Of a stretch of DNA of 41,236 bases, positions 38,459 through 41,236 are shown one piece after another. This DNA comes from a bacterium (lineage in GTDB: Bacteria; UBA8248): the NCBI GenBank assembly GCA_965213685.1, contig CBDBZY010000025.1, positions 1 to 41,236 of the forward strand. The letters run 5' to 3'. The notes under the pieces are model-generated. The model was given only the letters and a program-made list of their open reading frames with translations, ran no database searches and was not told the DNA's origin. Position 1 is the stretch's first letter, and each line of letters opens with the position of its first letter. The translations under genes and the position numbers were made by a program.

Positions 38459-39375
38459 CAATGCCCCCCGTTCGGCTTGGCGGGGTCGTAGATGGGCTTT
38501 CCCATCGGGCGCGTTTTCAAAGTGCCGTCCCGGAGTTGGCGCACCCGCTCGCGGGCGATCTCCACGTATTCGGGAACGACGTCGCAGCCGAAGGCCGCCC
38601 GTCCGTGCATGCGTGCGGCGATGATGGTGGAGCCGACGCCCATGTAGGGGTCGAACACCGCGTCGCCCGGGTCGGTCATGGAGAGCACCAGGCGCTCGGC
38701 GAGTTCGACGGGAAACTGGCAGGGGTGAATCGTCTTCTCCGGGTGATTGCTCTTCACGTTCGGGAAGGCCCACACGTCTGTCGGGTTCTTTCCCTTCGGA
38801 TTGCCCGAGAGCTCCCCCGCCTTCGGTCCCTTGAAGTGCTTCTTGCCCGGATACTTCGCCGGAACCCGGATGGGGTCGAGATTCCACGTGTAGTCATCCC
38901 CCCGCGTCCACCAGTTGATCGTCTCGTAGCGGCCCGAGAGCCGATGGGTGCAGTGCAGCCCGTGGCCGAAGCACCAGACGATTCGGTTGCGGAGCTGGAG
39001 GCCCTGCGCGCGAAACACGGGATAGAGGACGGCGTCGAGGGGGACGACCTCCGCGTTTCGCACGTAATTGCCGACCTGCCAGCAGATGGAGCCTCGGGGG
39101 TGCAGGAGGCGGACGCACGCGCGTATCACGCGCGCCTGCGCCTCGAGGTAGTCATCCAGCGGGGTTCTCGATTCGTATTCCTTGCCCAGGTTGTAGGGGG
39201 GCGAGGTGAGGATGAGCTTCATCGCCCCGTCGGGAAGCGCATCCATGAAAGCGAGGTTGTCCTCGCACGCGAGGAGGAGGGGCTGCTCTTCGGCTTTTGC
39301 CCGTCCCGACAACGGGAGCGGCGCCTGCGCTAGCGGCCGTGCGGCGGCGTGCGGGGGGCGGAGGGGCGTGGTCAT
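38458..39375 (-). CDS. Site-specific DNA methyltransferase, beta class (probably N4-cytosine, M.BstYI/M.BglII-like)
   Basis: Catalytic 'TSPPYN' precedes the SAM-binding 'FDPYMGVGST'; also 'LRNRIVW' and 'HPCQFP'. Confidence 0.93.
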   Translation of the reverse strand: MTTPLRPPHAAARPLAQAPLPLSGRAKAEEQPLLLACEDNLAFMDALPDGAMKLILTSPPYNLGKEYESRTPLDDYLEAQARVIRACVRLLHPRGSICWQVGNYVRNAEVVPLDAVLYPVFRAQGLQLRNRIVWCFGHGLHCTHRLSGRYETINWWTRGDDYTWNLDPIRVPAKYPGKKHFKGPKAGELSGNPKGKNPTDVWAFPNVKSNHPEKTIHPCQFPVELAERLVLSMTDPGDAVFDPYMGVGSTIIAARMHGRAAFGCDVVPEYVEIARERVRQLRDGTLKTRPMGKPIYDPAKPNGGH

Positions 39376-39451
39376 TCGATTTCCTCACGGGCGTGAGGCT
39401 TGGCCATATGATTTGCGCTCAGGCGTCGTGCTCTCCGCCCGGACGGGCGCC

Positions 39452-39480
39452 ATCATACAATCCGGCATGCCCGCCCTCAA
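39452..39480 (-). promoter_or_regulatory. Candidate sigma70 promoter for the MTase operon
   Basis: Minus strand TTGAGG-N17-TATGAT, about 75 bp upstream of the MTase start. Confidence 0.5.
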
Positions 39481-39592
39481 GCCCGGAGCCTTTCGGCGGC
39501 ACCGCTCATTTGTCCATGTCCATCGCCCGCGCGGCTGATGGGGCGCAGCCCCTCCCGCCGGGCGGACGGCGCCGGGGGATTTTTTCGGCCCC

Positions 39593-40648
39593 TCAGCCCC
39601 CCAGCTCCCGCCGCACGATGGCGGCCCCCTCGGCCAGGGCGGCGAGCTTGCCGAAAGCGGTGTCCCGATCCATGTACTTCATGCCGCAATCGGGGGCGAG
39701 GACGAGCCGTTCGGGGGATACGTGGGCGAGCCCCGCCCGGATGCGCGCGGCGACGGCACCCGGCGATTCGACCTGCGCGTCCCCGTTGTCAATGACGCCG
39801 AGGATGATGGTTTTGTCCGGCAATTTCTCCAGGACGGCCAGGTCGATCCCGGGCTGTGCCGCCTCGATGGATACCTGATCGACCCTGCTCTCGTTCAGCT
39901 CCGGCAGGAAGGAATAGGCGTCGGGCTTGCCCAGCCCCTGCCAGGCGTGGATGGCCGCGTAGCCAAAGCACATGTGGAGGGCGGTCGTGCCCGAGACGCC
40001 CTCCAGGGCCGCGTCGAGCACCTCGACGGCGAACTCCCGCGCCTTCTCGGCGCGCGCCTGCATGTAGGGCTCGTCGAGCTGCACGACGTCGGCGCCCGCC
40101 TCGAAAATATCCCGTATCTCCGCGTTCACCGCGCGGGCGTAGTCGAGCGCCATCGCCCGCTCGTCGCCGTAGAAATCATCCTGTGCCTGCTGCGTCATGG
40201 TGAAGGGGCCCGGCAGGGTGATCTTGATCTCCCGCTCCGTGTTGGCGCGCAGAAAGACTGCGTCGCGCACCTCGATGGGCGCCTTGCGGTGGATTCTCCC
40301 CACCACCCGGGGGACGGGGTTGTCCCTGCCCGAGCGATCCTTGGCGAAGCCGTGGCGCTCGGTGTCGATGCCGCCGAGGGCGGTGGCCACGCGGTTCGAG
40401 TAGCTCTCGCGGCGCGCCTCGCCGTCCGTGATGATGTCGATTCCCGCGCGCTCCATGTCCCGAATCGCCAGGAGGGTGGCGTCGTCCTGGGCCTCCTCGA
40501 GAAACTCGGGCGCCACGCGCCAAACCTCCCGGGCGCGCACGCGCGGCGGGAGGCGCTTCCGCAGATTCTCGCGGTCGATGAGCCAGTCGGGCTGGGCGTA
40601 GCTGCCCACCACCGTGGTGGGCAGAAGCTTCCTTGTCGGCATCGGCAT
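39593..40648 (-). CDS. Single-barrel cobalamin-independent methionine synthase-like protein (MetE C-terminal family)
   Basis: 'TTVVGSY', 'ITDGE.RR', 'LPGPFT', 'QLDEP', Zn ligands 'HMC' and 'PDCG'; 351 aa. Confidence 0.9.
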   Translation of the reverse strand: MPMPTRKLLPTTVVGSYAQPDWLIDRENLRKRLPPRVRAREVWRVAPEFLEEAQDDATLLAIRDMERAGIDIITDGEARRESYSNRVATALGGIDTERHGFAKDRSGRDNPVPRVVGRIHRKAPIEVRDAVFLRANTEREIKITLPGPFTMTQQAQDDFYGDERAMALDYARAVNAEIRDIFEAGADVVQLDEPYMQARAEKAREFAVEVLDAALEGVSGTTALHMCFGYAAIHAWQGLGKPDAYSFLPELNESRVDQVSIEAAQPGIDLAVLEKLPDKTIILGVIDNGDAQVESPGAVAARIRAGLAHVSPERLVLAPDCGMKYMDRDTAFGKLAALAEGAAIVRRELGG

Positions 40649-40731
40649 CCTCCCCCTCTATCGCGGAAACCGGAAGACGGCGGCCGGCGTCTTCCGGGAG
40701 GCCGGAGCGCGCGCGTTCGGACGCCCGGGAA

Positions 40732-41236
40732 TTATGGCGTGAGCATCACGCGCATGACGCCGTCCTCGCGCGCCTGGAACATGCGCATCGCCTCGGCGAA
40801 ATCATCGAGCGCGAAGGTGTGCGTGAGCATCCTCTTCGTGTCGATGTGGCCGTCCGCCACGATCCGGATGGCTCTCGGGTAGCAGTTGGGCGAGCCGCGC
40901 CCGCCGAATATCGATATCTCGTCCAGCACGATGCGGTCGGTGTGGAACGACGCCTCCCGGCCGCCGTTGATCCCCTCAAGCACCACGCGCCCGCCGCGAC
41001 GGACCATGTCCACCGCCTGGCGCATCGTCGCGGGCGGGCCGGCGCACTCGATCGCCAAATCCACCCCCCGGCCCCCCGTCCTGCTCCATGACGACCTCGA
41101 CCGGGTCCTCCTTCTCGATGTCGATGACGCAATCGGCACCGAGTGCCTTCGCTATCTCCAGGCGATAGCCGCGCCCGGAGATGAAGGTGCGGGAGGCGCC
41201 CATCATCCTGACGAGCTGGAGCACCGAGAGGCCCCA
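40732..41236 (-). CDS. Zn-dependent dehydrogenase (MDR), C-terminal part, with an apparent frameshift at about 41072-41082; runs off the window
   Basis: 'RLEIAKALGAD..I' (frame 40976-41224) continues into 'GGRGVDLAIECAG...LTHTF.L' (frame 40732-41139). Confidence 0.85.

Overview
High-GC bacterial chromosome segment, probably a draft or metagenome assembly. It carries several single-base homopolymer frameshifts, including two in the essential gene infB, and a 541-bp near-identical tandem duplication. The core is a conserved translation operon on the minus strand (rimP-nusA-ylxR/L7Ae-infB-DUF503-rbfA-truB-rpsO-pnp). Around it are housekeeping and catabolic genes: comEC (frameshifted), a TPP enzyme, cobB, hisS, a tandem GNAT, fxsA, Zn-ADHs, OsmC, CoxG, a DUF2064 glycosyltransferase, two envelope lipoproteins, amidohydrolases, ada, a bicupin-TAXI-MBL cluster, a Gfo/Idh/MocA oxidoreductase, an E1a/E1b/E2 dehydrogenase operon and a core MetE-type enzyme. 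Two loci near the right end stand out. (1) An AhpD/CMD-like gene that the ORF track splits in two is one reading frame, with an in-frame TGA at the second Cys of the CxxC-x2-H motif and a bacterial SECIS-like hairpin just downstream, so it is a probable CxxU selenoprotein (36478-37143). (2) A BstYI/BglII-type restriction-modification locus has an intact methyltransferase, but its endonuclease is cut to a 62-aa stub that is translationally coupled to an AT-rich HEPN-motif (DUF3644-like) gene. This is a candidate remodelled defence system (37182-39375). All family assignments come from motif recognition by eye; no database searches were run.
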